DNA from: Burkholderiaceae bacterium
GTDB lineage: Bacteria; Pseudomonadota; Gammaproteobacteria; Burkholderiales; Burkholderiaceae_F
Assembly (NCBI GenBank): GCA_017646335.1
Contig: JAGCMT010000062.1
Span: 29,653 to 93,652 of the forward strand
Reading direction: 5' to 3'
DNA length: 64,000 bases
The notes under the pieces were generated by a model. The model was not told the DNA's origin. It saw only the letters and a list, made by a program, of their open reading frames with translations, and made no database searches. The position numbers were made by a program, and so were the translations under genes. This document shows, in pieces, positions 49,693 to 59,457 of this stretch (positions are counted from its first letter, which is position 1; every line of letters starts with the position of its first letter).

Positions 49693-50871
49693 TTAGAGAC
49701 CTGCGTCAGCACGGAGGGCTTCGGCCTTGTCCGTCTTTTCCCACGTGAATTCCGGTTCTTCACGACCGAAGTGGCCGTAGGCGGCCGTCTTGGAGTAGAT
49801 CGGACGCAAGAGGTCGAGCATTTGAACGATGCCACGCGGACGGAGGTCGAAGTGACGCTCAACCAATTGAGCGATCTTTTCATCTTCGATCACGCCCGTG
49901 CCGAACGTGCGAACCGTCACATTGATCGGCTTGGCAACGCCGATTGCGTAAGACACTTGAACTTGGCAACGGCTTGCCAACTTGGCTGCCACGATGTTCT
50001 TTGCAACATAACGGCAAGCGTAAGCGGCAGAGCGGTCGACCTTAGAGGCATCCTTACCGGAGAAAGCGCCACCACCGTGCGGGCAAGCACCACCGTACGT
50101 GTCAACGATGATCTTACGACCCGTCAAGCCGCAGTCACCTTGCGGACCGCCAATCACGAAACGACCCGTCGGGTTGATCAAGAAGCGGGTGTCCTTGAGC
50201 CATTCTTGCGGCAAAACCGGCTTGATGATGTGCTCAATGACAGCTTCATTGAATTCCGGCTTCATCTTGTTGCCGTCGCTCATGTGCGGATCGTGTTGGC
50301 TGGAAAGAACGACCGTGTCGATACCGACCGGAATGCCGTTTTCGTAGCGTAACGTTACTTGGCTCTTGGCGTCGGGGCGCAAGAAGTCAAGCGTGCCGTT
50401 ACGGCGAACGATGGATTGTTGTTGGACCAAGCGGTGAGCGTAGTAAATAGCTGCCGGCATCAACGTCGGCGTTTCATCGCAGGCGTAACCGAACATCAAA
50501 CCTTGGTCACCAGCGCCTTGGTCAAGGTAGTCATCGCTTGCACGGTCAACACCTTGAGCGATGTCATTGGATTGCTTGTCGTAACCGACCAAAACGGAAC
50601 AACCCTTGTGATCGATACCGTAGTCGGAGTTGTCGTAACCGATGCGCTTGAGCGTTTCACGAGCGATGTCGATGTAGTCGACATTGGCTTGCGTCGTAAT
50701 TTCGCCGGCGAGCACAACCAAACCGGTATTGCAGAGCGTTTCTGCAGCAACGCGGCTATAGGGGTCTTGAGCCAAGATGGCATCCAAGATGGCGTCGGAG
50801 ATTTGGTCGGCGACCTTATCGGGATGGCCTTCGGAAACGGATTCCGAAGTAAAGAGATACGTGTTGGACAT
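49693..50871 (-). CDS. metK: S-adenosylmethionine synthetase
   Basis: [34 protein letters not shown]. Confidence 0.99.
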   Translation of the reverse strand: MSNTYLFTSESVSEGHPDKVADQISDAILDAILAQDPYSRVAAETLCNTGLVVLAGEITTQANVDYIDIARETLKRIGYDNSDYGIDHKGCSVLVGYDKQSNDIAQGVDRASDDYLDQGAGDQGLMFGYACDETPTLMPAAIYYAHRLVQQQSIVRRNGTLDFLRPDAKSQVTLRYENGIPVGIDTVVLSSQHDPHMSDGNKMKPEFNEAVIEHIIKPVLPQEWLKDTRFLINPTGRFVIGGPQGDCGLTGRKIIVDTYGGACPHGGGAFSGKDASKVDRSAAYACRYVAKNIVAAKLASRCQVQVSYAIGVAKPINVTVRTFGTGVIEDEKIAQLVERHFDLRPRGIVQMLDLLRPIYSKTAAYGHFGREEPEFTWEKTDKAEALRADAGL

Positions 50872-50940
50872 GCTACATTCCTTTATTTTTTATGTCAGTG
50901 GAACGAGCGCCACCGCACATAAAAATAGAAATGCGGCTGA

Positions 50941-50990
50941 CGCTTTAGCGGAATTTATTACGCCCCGCAAGTTGTCGTTAACTCGGCGTG
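50941..50990 (-). ncRNA. SAM-II (SAM-alpha)-type riboswitch aptamer upstream of metK
   Basis: Minus strand reads C-ACGCC-GAGUUAAC-GACAA-CUUGCGG-GGCGU-AAUAAAU-UCCGCUAAAG-CG. It has P1 ACGCC/GGCGU, a pseudoknot between CUUGCGG and CCGCUAAAG, and the conserved AUAAA and GCUAAA motifs; the gene context fits. Confidence 0.8.
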
Positions 50991-51243
50991 TCTGCGAATA
51001 GTACACAATTTTACTTAAAAAACAAGAGACTAAAAGAGATATTCGTACTAAAAAATGGCAACCATGCCCGAAAGGGAGGTGGTTGGAGGGAAAGAAGATC
51101 CCTTTCTTAGCGGGGTGCTTGGCTATAGGAGTCGGCTATTCTCAAGGCAGAGCTGACCAATAAGGGCTAAAAGCTTAATTAGCGAGAGGAAAAGACGATT
51201 TTTCTGAGCAAAATCGTTGCAAACTAGGGTAAAGTTCCTTCCT

Positions 51244-52098
51244 ATGGAAACGCTCTTATATTTATTTTCTCGTCTGCCCATGTCTTGGATGCGCGCCATC
51301 GGCCGCACCGTGGGTGTGCTTATCTTTAAATGTTCGGCTTCTTACCGCGAACGAATCCATGAAAACCTTCGTTATGCCGGTATCGATTCCGAAGAGATGG
51401 CTCTTCGTGTTGCAGCCGAGCAAGGTGTGCAAGGAATTGAAGCCCCTTGGGTTTGGGGTCGCGGACGACAAGACTATTTGAAACGAACCTTTGTGTCTGC
51501 AGAGGATGAGGCTAGGTTGCGTCAAGCCATCGAAGGACGCGCGGTGGTTTTTCTGACGCCGCATATCGGCTGCTACGAAGTGGCACCGTCTTGGTTTGCC
51601 GAAAATGTTTTGAAGGGAACGGATAAAAATATTGCGATTTTGTATCGCGTTCCTCGTAAGTCATACTTGCGTAAATTGGTCGGAGAAGGGCGCCAAACGC
51701 CTAACGTTTTGCCGTGTTCGGCGGACCTTAAGGGTGTTCGTCAAATTTTGCGCACGTTGAAGTCCGGTGGTATGGCCGGGATTTTGCCCGACCAAGTACC
51801 CTCTAATGGTGAAGGGGCTTGGGCACCGTTTTTCGGTAAGCAGGCCTATACGATGACGTTTCCTTTACGATTGATTCGCCAATTTAATGCCGTTGTTGTG
51901 ATGGCTCGTTCGGAACGAACTGAGGACGGTTGGTCCGTGACGTGGAAGATTTGGGATACCAAGTTAACTGGGGACGATGCTCAAGATGCCGCTCAGATGA
52001 ATCGATGGATTGAAGAGACGGTTTTGGAATGTCCTCACCAATATCTGTGGTCTTATAACCGATATAAGTGTCCGTCCGGCGTTCAAAGACCCGAGTAA
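51244..52098 (+). CDS. Lipid A late acyltransferase (LpxL/HtrB family), copy 1
   Basis: LTPHIGCYE, ILPDQVP, APFFG, PHQYLWSYNRYK. Confidence 0.88.
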   Translation: METLLYLFSRLPMSWMRAIGRTVGVLIFKCSASYRERIHENLRYAGIDSEEMALRVAAEQGVQGIEAPWVWGRGRQDYLKRTFVSAEDEARLRQAIEGRAVVFLTPHIGCYEVAPSWFAENVLKGTDKNIAILYRVPRKSYLRKLVGEGRQTPNVLPCSADLKGVRQILRTLKSGGMAGILPDQVPSNGEGAWAPFFGKQAYTMTFPLRLIRQFNAVVVMARSERTEDGWSVTWKIWDTKLTGDDAQDAAQMNRWIEETVLECPHQYLWSYNRYKCPSGVQRPE

Positions 52099-52107
52099 AG
52101 AATTGCT

Positions 52108-53001
52108 ATGAAATCATTGATGAATTTTTTCTCCCGAGTTTGGTTGCAAGTGGTTTTTGCTTCCGCCTCTTGGTCGATGTCGACTCGAGTTCGCATGGCA
52201 AAAGTCATGGCTTTTTTGTTTTGGCATCTGATTCCGAAACGTCGTCATGTCACATTGACCAATTTGCGAGTTTGCTTTCCTGATTGGTCGGAAGAAAAGC
52301 GTATCCAAGTTGCAAAGGAGTGTTTCTTCAATTTGTCTCGTGCCGCCTTGGACCACGGTGTTTTGTGGAAGGGAACGCGTGAGCAAGTGCTCGAGATGGT
52401 CAAGTTTGATGACGGTCTTGTCGAACGATTGACCAATGAAGAAAATCGCCCTCTGATTATGATTGCCCCGCACTTTGCCGGTCTTGATGCGACGGGCATT
52501 GCGTTTAATACGTTTGTGCGAGGTGTGTCGCTTTATCAACGCCAGTCCAATCCTGTGTGGGACAAGGCCGCTTACGACGGTCGTATGCGCTTTAGCGATC
52601 CGATTTTGATTGCAAAGAGTGACCAAAGCGACCTTCGCCCGGTCATTCGTGCGATGCGTCAAGGGCTCCCCTTCTATTATTTGCCCGACATGGATCATGG
52701 CCGCCGAAATTCCATCTTTGTTCCGTTCTTTGGTGTACCGGCAGCAACCTTGCCGATGGCATCTCGTTTGGCCAAGATGACCAAGGCAAAGGTGTTGATG
52801 TGTATGCCGGAAATGACGGATTGGGGCTATCAAATCCATGTGACGGACTTTTTTGACAATTTCCCGACTGACGACCCTGAAGCCGATACGCTTCGTGTGA
52901 CCAAGGAGTTGGAAGCTTGGATTGAAAAATATCCGTCTCAATACATGTGGACGCATCGTCGCTTTAAGACTCGTCCGGAAGGCGAACCTTCCATTTATTG
53001 A
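52108..53001 (+). CDS. Lipid A late acyltransferase (LpxL/HtrB family), copy 2
   Basis: APHFAGLD, YLPDMD.G, FVPFFG, PSQYMWTHRRFKTRP. Confidence 0.9.
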   Translation: MKSLMNFFSRVWLQVVFASASWSMSTRVRMAKVMAFLFWHLIPKRRHVTLTNLRVCFPDWSEEKRIQVAKECFFNLSRAALDHGVLWKGTREQVLEMVKFDDGLVERLTNEENRPLIMIAPHFAGLDATGIAFNTFVRGVSLYQRQSNPVWDKAAYDGRMRFSDPILIAKSDQSDLRPVIRAMRQGLPFYYLPDMDHGRRNSIFVPFFGVPAATLPMASRLAKMTKAKVLMCMPEMTDWGYQIHVTDFFDNFPTDDPEADTLRVTKELEAWIEKYPSQYMWTHRRFKTRPEGEPSIY

Positions 53002-53002
53002 T

Positions 53003-53857
53003 ATGAAAATTAAGTTTTCCAAGATGCACGGAGCCGGTAATGACTTCGTGATGCTCGACGGTGTCACTCAAGCCCTTGAGCTTCGTGCCGAGGATATCCG
53101 TTTTTTGGCCGATCGCCATCTTGGGGTCGGTGCCGATCAAGTTTTATTGGTCTCTGGTAGCGAAAATCCGAACGTGGATTTTCGCTATCGTATTTTTAAT
53201 CAAGACGGTTCTGAAGTGGAGCAATGTGGCAACGGTGCTCGTTGTTTTGTCAAATTCGTACGTCATTGTGGATTGACTGACAAAACCAAGATTCGTGTTC
53301 AAACGATGAAAACCGTGATTGAGCCTGAATTATTGGCTGACGGTCGCGTCAGAGTGAACATGGGGGCGCCGATTTTCGATCCGCAACAGCTACCGTTTTC
53401 TCCCCAAGCACTCCCAACTCGAATGCTCGGTCAAGCCCAACAGTGGCAACTCAATCATGCCGACGGGGACTTGTGGTTTTCTGCATTGTCGATGGGCAAT
53501 CCGACAGCAACGATTTTTGTGAACAACGTTACCGATACGCCTGTTGATCGTTGGGGGCAATTTGTTGGTGAACATTCGGTTTTCCCGAATCGAACCAATG
53601 TGGCTTTCTTGGAAATTTTGGATAAAAATAACGCTCGTATTCGAGTTTTTGAGCGAGGCGCGGGTGAGACGCTCGCATGCGGTTCCGGTACATGTGCTGC
53701 CATCGTTGCAGCAATGAAAACCGGGTTATGTCAGGATTTTGTTGAGGTACAGGCCAAAGGCGGAAATTTACGAATTGAATGGGACGGATTGGAAAAATCT
53801 CCCGTTTATTTGATTGGTCCGGCTGAGCATGTCTTTGACGGTGAATTAGAAATTTAA
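53003..53857 (+). CDS. dapF: Diaminopimelate epimerase
   Basis: FSKMHGAGNDF, EQCGNGARC, SMGNP, ERGAGETLACGSG. Confidence 0.97.
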   Translation: MKIKFSKMHGAGNDFVMLDGVTQALELRAEDIRFLADRHLGVGADQVLLVSGSENPNVDFRYRIFNQDGSEVEQCGNGARCFVKFVRHCGLTDKTKIRVQTMKTVIEPELLADGRVRVNMGAPIFDPQQLPFSPQALPTRMLGQAQQWQLNHADGDLWFSALSMGNPTATIFVNNVTDTPVDRWGQFVGEHSVFPNRTNVAFLEILDKNNARIRVFERGAGETLACGSGTCAAIVAAMKTGLCQDFVEVQAKGGNLRIEWDGLEKSPVYLIGPAEHVFDGELEI

Positions 53858-53867
53858 GGAACGCAAA

Positions 53868-55073
53868 ATGGTTCAAGTTTGGTTGAAAAAAGGTAAGGAA
53901 CGTTCTTTGTGGCGTCGCCATCCGTGGGTTTATGACACGGCCGTACAAAAAGTTTCCGGTAAGCCCCAAAATGGTGAAACCGTTCAAGTGATGTCGTTTG
54001 ACGGAAAGTTCTTGGCATGGGCATCGTATTCCAAGGACTCCACGTTGCGTGCTCGTTGCTGGTCGTTTGTTGAATCCGAAACGATTGATGCACAGTGGTT
54101 TGAAAATAAAATTACGAAGGCCTTGGCTGCCCGTGAACACCTCTTTGAACGCACGAGTGCAATCCGCGTGATTATGGGGGAAGCCGATCAATTGCCGGGT
54201 TTGGTGGTTGACCGTTATGGTGACTTTTTTGTGACGCAATTCCAATCGGCCGGTGTCGAATATTGGCGTGAAACGATTGCAGATATCTTGATGAAGCAGG
54301 CGGGTATCCGCGGCATTTTCGATCGTTCCGATGCCGCTACGCGCCATCGTGAAGGCTTGCAAGAGCGTGTGGAAGTGTTGCGAGGCGAAGAGCCGCCCGA
54401 ACAAATCGAAGTGGTCGAGGACGGTATTCGTTACGGCGTCGACGTTCGTAACGGTCACAAGACGGGTTTCTATGTTGACCAACGTGACAGCCGCTACTTG
54501 GCTCAACGTTTGGCTCGTGAATTTAAGCTTCGTCATGGCCGCGGCATGCGCGCCTTGAACTGCTTCTGCTATACCGGTGGCTTCTCCTTGGCTTTGTTGG
54601 CTGGTGGTGCCGATGAAGTTGTGTCTGTGGACTCTTCCGGTGAAGCATTGGAGACGGCTCGCAAGAATGCTGCTCGCAATGGTTTTGATGAGCAAAAGGC
54701 CAAGTGGGTTCAAGCCGACGTGTTCGATTTTTTGCGTAAGGCTCGTGAAGCCGGTGATACCTATGATTTGGTGATTTTGGATCCTCCGAAGTTTGCTTCG
54801 AGTCACCGTCATGTCGACCGCGCCGCTCGTGCTTATAAGGACATTAATTTGAACGGTTTGCGTATCGTTTCTCCCGAGGGCCAATTGTTGACCTTCTCTT
54901 GTTCCGGCGCAATGGATGTGGATTTGTTCCAAAAGGTGATTGCCGGTGCCGTGATTGATTCCAAGCGCGAGGCTTGGATGGTAGCTCGTTTAGGTGCCGG
55001 TGAAGATCATCCGTTGATGATGACTTGTCCTGAAGGTGAATACTTGAAGGGCCTTCATTTGAAGTTGCGCTAA
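53868..55073 (+). CDS. rlmI: 23S rRNA m5C1962 methyltransferase RlmI family
   Basis: PUA domain HPWVY, GHKTGFYVDQR, LNCFCYTGGFS, ILDPPKF, TFSCSG, PEGEYLKG. Confidence 0.92.
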   Translation: MVQVWLKKGKERSLWRRHPWVYDTAVQKVSGKPQNGETVQVMSFDGKFLAWASYSKDSTLRARCWSFVESETIDAQWFENKITKALAAREHLFERTSAIRVIMGEADQLPGLVVDRYGDFFVTQFQSAGVEYWRETIADILMKQAGIRGIFDRSDAATRHREGLQERVEVLRGEEPPEQIEVVEDGIRYGVDVRNGHKTGFYVDQRDSRYLAQRLAREFKLRHGRGMRALNCFCYTGGFSLALLAGGADEVVSVDSSGEALETARKNAARNGFDEQKAKWVQADVFDFLRKAREAGDTYDLVILDPPKFASSHRHVDRAARAYKDINLNGLRIVSPEGQLLTFSCSGAMDVDLFQKVIAGAVIDSKREAWMVARLGAGEDHPLMMTCPEGEYLKGLHLKLR

Positions 55074-55088
55074 TCGAGCGGGAGCTAA

Positions 55089-56087
55089 ATGATGGAGATG
55101 ATGCCGCAGATTCCCGTGACGATCTTGACGGGCTTTTTGGGCGCGGGTAAGACGACGCTTTTGAATCGAATCCTTCGTGAAGACCACGGTCATCGTATCG
55201 CCGTGGTCGAAAACGAATTCGGTCAAGAAGATGTGGACAGCACTTTGTTGGTTCAAACCGACAAGGAACAAATTGTCCAGATGAATAACGGTTGTGTTTG
55301 TTGCACGATTCGAGGTGACTTGTCTCGTGTATTGACCGACCTTCGTCATCGCCGAGAAAAGGGTGAAATCGCGTTTGATCGAGTTTTGATTGAGACGAGC
55401 GGTGTCGCCAATCCCGGTCCGGTAGCCCAAACGTTCTTTATGGACGACGTAGTTGCCGTGTATTACCGTTTGGACGGTGTCATTACTTTGGTTGACGCAG
55501 TTCATGCCAATGATACGCTCGATAAAGAGCTTGAAGCCCAAGCACAAGTGGGCTTTGCGGACCGAATCTTTATGACGAAGACGGACTTGGTTGATGACGA
55601 AGCTGTCAATGCTTTGCGTGATCGTTTGTTGGGAATGAATCCGCGTGCGCCAATCAAGTCGATTCATATGGGCGAGGTCGCGATTGAAGAGGTTTTAGAT
55701 ATCGAAGGTTTCAATTTGAATTCCGTTCTCGATATTGATCCGCAGTTCTTAACCGAAACGGGTCATCACCATCATCATGGTGACGAAATTTCGTCTTTTG
55801 TCTTCACGTCGGATGTCCCGTTTGATCCTTTCCGTTTGGAGCGTTTTTGGGGAACGATTACTCAAGTTTACGGTCCGGACTTGTTGCGCTATAAGGGTGT
55901 GATGTATTTGGATGGAACGGATCGTCAAATGATTACGCAAGGTGTTCATATGCTGGTGGCGGCTGATTTGGGTCGAGCTTGGCGTGCAGATGAAAAGCCG
56001 ATGACGAAGATCGTGTTTATCGGTCGAAATTTGCCTCGCGATGCGATTATCACCGGTTTGGAGCTTTGTTTGGTGGACGCTCCGTAA
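55089..56087 (+). CDS. COG0523/CobW-YjiA metal-chaperone GTPase
   Basis: TGFLGAGKTT, ENEFG, GCVCC, IETSG, His-rich HHHHHG, RYKG CobW C-terminal domain. Confidence 0.93.
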   Translation: MMEMMPQIPVTILTGFLGAGKTTLLNRILREDHGHRIAVVENEFGQEDVDSTLLVQTDKEQIVQMNNGCVCCTIRGDLSRVLTDLRHRREKGEIAFDRVLIETSGVANPGPVAQTFFMDDVVAVYYRLDGVITLVDAVHANDTLDKELEAQAQVGFADRIFMTKTDLVDDEAVNALRDRLLGMNPRAPIKSIHMGEVAIEEVLDIEGFNLNSVLDIDPQFLTETGHHHHHGDEISSFVFTSDVPFDPFRLERFWGTITQVYGPDLLRYKGVMYLDGTDRQMITQGVHMLVAADLGRAWRADEKPMTKIVFIGRNLPRDAIITGLELCLVDAP

Positions 56088-56295
56088 CTTTTCGATTCCA
56101 AAAGAAAAATATTTTTAAAAGAATTTGTAAAGACTGACAAAAATATACAAAAAAACAAGCGCTCGTTTGATTTTTCCTGTATAAAGTGGTCTCAGATTTT
56201 TTTGGGCCTATCTTAGGCCCGAAAACCACCCTTTTGAGGGCGGTTTTTTTTGTTTAAAGCTTGTCCTGAGTGACAAAAGTGTAGAAAGTTTTTAT

Positions 56296-56718
56296 ATGGC
56301 TGCGAAAAAGACGTTGCTTACCGAACAAGAATTGTTGGCGATGCCCGAGAAGGACTATATGAACGACCGTCAGTTGGCCTTCTTCCGCAATCGTCTTGTT
56401 GAAATGGAAGCTGAGTTGCGCATCAATGCTGATCAAACGACCGAACACTTGCGTGAAACGGTTGTGGTTCCTGATCCGGCTGACCGTGCAACCATTGAAG
56501 AAGAGCATGCTTTGGAATTGCGCACGCGCGATCGTGAACGTAAGCTCTTGAAGAAGGTACAAGCTGCTATCCACCGTATCGATTCCGGTGACTACGGTTG
56601 GTGTGAAGAAACGGGTGAACCGATCGGTGTGGCTCGTTTGTTGGCTCGTCCGACGGCAACCCTCTGCTTGGACGCACAATTGCGTCGTGAAATTCGTCAA
56701 AAGATGTACGGTAACTAA
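56296..56718 (+). CDS. dksA: RNA polymerase-binding protein DksA (two-Cys, non-canonical Zn finger)
   Basis: DYMN..QL.FF, DPADRATIEEE, RDRERKL, YGWCEETGEPIG..RL.ARPTATLC. Confidence 0.96.
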   Translation: MAAKKTLLTEQELLAMPEKDYMNDRQLAFFRNRLVEMEAELRINADQTTEHLRETVVVPDPADRATIEEEHALELRTRDRERKLLKKVQAAIHRIDSGDYGWCEETGEPIGVARLLARPTATLCLDAQLRREIRQKMYGN

Positions 56719-56735
56719 TATTTACCGTCATCGTA

Positions 56736-56777
56736 GACAACAAAAAAGGTGCGATTTTTCGCACCTTTTTTGTTGTC
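56736..56777. terminator. Bidirectional terminator dksA/sppA
   Basis: 19-bp perfect inverted repeat GACAACAAAAAAGGTGCGA-TTTT-TCGCACCTTTTTTGTTGTC. Confidence 0.88.
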
Positions 56778-56784
56778 CGGTCGA

Positions 56785-58599
56785 TTAGTTTGAAACGGCA
56801 CAAAGGCTGTGAGCCAAAATTTCTTTCGGTTGCTCCAAACGCCGAGACCAAAAATCCTTAGCCTTTTCCAATTCTGCGCGCACCAATTGAGGTACGGCAG
56901 CGGAGCCCAACGGATTTTTCAGCGGTTTGACACTTTGCTGAATCATCGAGGACAAATCCATCTGTTGTTCACCAATGTAGACCAAGCGAGTGTTAGCAGG
57001 CAGTTTGGCCAATTTGCGTGCCGATTCGATGGCCTCTTGCATACCACCCAACTCATCAATCAAGCCGTGTTTATGAGCTTGGGCTCCGGTCCACACACGG
57101 CCTTGCGCGACTTGGTGAACGGCGTCAATCGAGAGTTTACGAGCCTTGGCAACAACGGTTAAGAAGTTGTTATAGGTACGTTCCACGTTTTGCGTGAGGA
57201 TGTCAGTTAAGCGCGCGTCCAACGGTTGAGTCGGCTTGCCGGCATTGGCTAACCATGTCGTACCGACGCCTCCTTGACCGATCTTGGCCAAACTTAACGT
57301 TTTTTCAAAAGTCGGAGCCAAACCGAATACACCGATGCTGCCGGTAATCGTAGCCGGGTCTGCAATGACACGAGTTGCACCCATACTGATCCAGTAACCG
57401 CCCGAAGCGGCGGTGTTGCCCATGCTGACCACAACGGGCTTTTTCTTTTGGGCCAATTCCAAAGCACCACGAATCAGTTCGCTAGCAACGGCAGAGCCGC
57501 CGGGAGAATTGACTCGGAAAACAATGGCCTTAACGTTTGCGTCTTCGCTAGCCGTTTGAATTTGCTCGGTAACGGTTTTCGAACCGATGATGCCGATGTC
57601 CGATGAGCCCGTTTGAATTTCCCCTTCGGCTACGATGACGGCAATACTATTGGGCGTTGCTACATGATTGAGCCCTTCTCCGTAATGAAGATAAGGCAAG
57701 AAGTTCACATCGACGGCTTTGCCTTTACCTAAACGGGCTTCGATGTATTCTTTCATTTTATCCGTGGTCTTAACGCCATCGATAAGACCGGCGTTAATCG
57801 CGGCAAGAGCCATGTCGCCTTGTGCATTGCGAACTCGTTGCGGTAACTCATCGATGTAGGCGTTGATAGCGCCCGGCATCAAACCGCGAGAACGCTCCAT
57901 ATCCGTGGAATAGGTTTTCCAGGCATCGAAAAGCCAAACTTTTTCAGCCGCTAAAGCCTCTTTGGAAGGCGCATTGAGAATGAAGCTTTCCGGGAAACTC
58001 TTATAGGTTCCTGCTTTGAAGACGTGTACGTTAACGCCCAATTTCTCGAGGAGCTGACCGTAATAGAGGCGGTTGGAACCTAAACCTTTAACCCCGATTT
58101 CCCCCATCGGGTGAAGGAAAATTTCGCTGGCGTGCGTGGCGATACCGTATTGCGCTTGTGTGAAATTTGTCCCCCATGCCCAAACGGGTTTGCCGCTTTG
58201 CTTGAATCGATCCAATGCGGCACCGATTTCACGAGAGGCGGCAACCCCACACGTTTGCATGTCGTCCAAACGAAGCAATACGCCGGCGATGGAGCGGTCG
58301 GTTTGTGCCGCCTTGAGCGTTTCAATGACGTCATGAAGATCGGTGTCGTGCTCTTCTGTACCGAGTAACGCCTCACCGAGGAGGGGTGCGTGAGGCTTTT
58401 GTTCAACGATTTTGCCCGTGAGATCTAAAACCAAAACGGTGTTGGAACGCAAACTTGGCGTATCCAAGAGCGTGCTTGCCCAAATGCCGATGGCAATTAA
58501 AAGGACAACCAAAATCACATTGGCAATGGTTTGACGTACAAGGTTAAGCGCTTTCCAAATAAGTCCTAAAACCTTGGCGATCCAACGGAAGATAAACAA
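56785..58599 (-). CDS. sppA: Signal peptide peptidase SppA (67-kDa type, S49)
   Basis: GTYKS, RVNSPGGS, VVVSMG..AASGGYW, TITGSIGVFG, AQGRVWTG. Confidence 0.95.
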   Translation of the reverse strand: MFIFRWIAKVLGLIWKALNLVRQTIANVILVVLLIAIGIWASTLLDTPSLRSNTVLVLDLTGKIVEQKPHAPLLGEALLGTEEHDTDLHDVIETLKAAQTDRSIAGVLLRLDDMQTCGVAASREIGAALDRFKQSGKPVWAWGTNFTQAQYGIATHASEIFLHPMGEIGVKGLGSNRLYYGQLLEKLGVNVHVFKAGTYKSFPESFILNAPSKEALAAEKVWLFDAWKTYSTDMERSRGLMPGAINAYIDELPQRVRNAQGDMALAAINAGLIDGVKTTDKMKEYIEARLGKGKAVDVNFLPYLHYGEGLNHVATPNSIAVIVAEGEIQTGSSDIGIIGSKTVTEQIQTASEDANVKAIVFRVNSPGGSAVASELIRGALELAQKKKPVVVSMGNTAASGGYWISMGATRVIADPATITGSIGVFGLAPTFEKTLSLAKIGQGGVGTTWLANAGKPTQPLDARLTDILTQNVERTYNNFLTVVAKARKLSIDAVHQVAQGRVWTGAQAHKHGLIDELGGMQEAIESARKLAKLPANTRLVYIGEQQMDLSSMIQQSVKPLKNPLGSAAVPQLVRAELEKAKDFWSRRLEQPKEILAHSLCAVSN

Positions 58600-58657
58600 A
58601 ATAAACCTCAGAATTCAAAAACTTGAACCCCTAATTATAGGGGTTCGATGTCAATCC

Positions 58658-59416
58658 TCAACCGAAAGGATTGAGAAAAATCGGGCGTTTTTTATGCGAG
58701 CGGGTCTTTGCCGTCGATTTTTTTATCAAACGAGGCAAATCACGTACGTGGCTGATACAGGCATCAACGTAAGCCATCGGTCGTACGACATCGAGACCGT
58801 GGTGTCGCCACCCTTTGCAAAAAACCGTTTGCATGCCGACTTGTTTGGCGATTTTTAAGTTGTGAAGATTGTCATCAATTAAGCAAGCTTGATGAGGTTT
58901 GATTCCATGCTTGGCTAAAACATGACGAAACATTTGAGCCGAGGGTTTGGGCCGCCATGAGCCGGCAACTTTCATTTCTTCGGCTCGGTATTGATCGTCG
59001 AATGAATTATTTAAATCGAGGTGCGACAGGATGCGCTCGGCATAACAAATCGGAGCGTTGGTAAAGAGCACTTTTTTGCCCGGTAGTGCATCAACGGCAG
59101 CGCGTATTTTTCCGTGTGTACTGATCGAGGAAATGTCGATTTGATGCACCATGGTTAAAAAATCATGGGGATCGATTTGGTGGTGATACCAAAGACCATA
59201 GAAGGTAACGCCGTATTTTTGCCAATAAAGCTTTCGTAAATCGTTGGCGGTTTCGGCATCCACTCCGAGTGCGTTTTGAATGTAGGCATCCATTCGCACA
59301 TGCATCTCATGGAACATGTTGTCAGAGGCCGAATAGAGGGTGTCGTCCATGTCGATCAACCACAATTTCGGCTCGATAATGGTGCCGCTGGTAATACAAG
59401 GTTTCAAACGAGTCAT
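58658..59416 (-). CDS. HAD-superfamily hydrolase (pyrimidine 5'-nucleotidase-like)
   Basis: DMDDTLY, YW.KYG.T, FTNA, PKPS, IDDNLHNL..AK..GM.TV. Confidence 0.85.
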   Translation of the reverse strand: MTRLKPCITSGTIIEPKLWLIDMDDTLYSASDNMFHEMHVRMDAYIQNALGVDAETANDLRKLYWQKYGVTFYGLWYHHQIDPHDFLTMVHQIDISSISTHGKIRAAVDALPGKKVLFTNAPICYAERILSHLDLNNSFDDQYRAEEMKVAGSWRPKPSAQMFRHVLAKHGIKPHQACLIDDNLHNLKIAKQVGMQTVFCKGWRHHGLDVVRPMAYVDACISHVRDLPRLIKKSTAKTRSHKKRPIFLNPFG

Positions 59417-59420
59417 AAGT

Positions 59421-59449
59421 AAAAAGGAGTGTTGATTGCAACACTCCTT
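59421..59449 (-). terminator. Terminator after FtsK-domain gene
   Basis: AAGGAGTGTTG-ATTG-CAACACTCCTT with an A-run giving a U-tail on the minus strand. Confidence 0.8.
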
Positions 59450-59457
59450 GGAGTGAG

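Noticed and set aside
50900-50915. SAH riboswitch (GGCGCTC motif) upstream of metK
   Set aside because: The 5' GAGGAGCG/CCAGGCTC core is absent, and the SAM-II pattern fits much better.
18089-54932. Long antisense ORFs (for example 18089-19309, 19662-20687, 25958-27358, 27828-29060, 32992-33801, 34042-35397, 52114-53067, 53529-54932)
   Set aside because: They mirror recognisable genes on the other strand and have no motifs. They are expected when biased genes avoid TTA, CTA and TCA codons.
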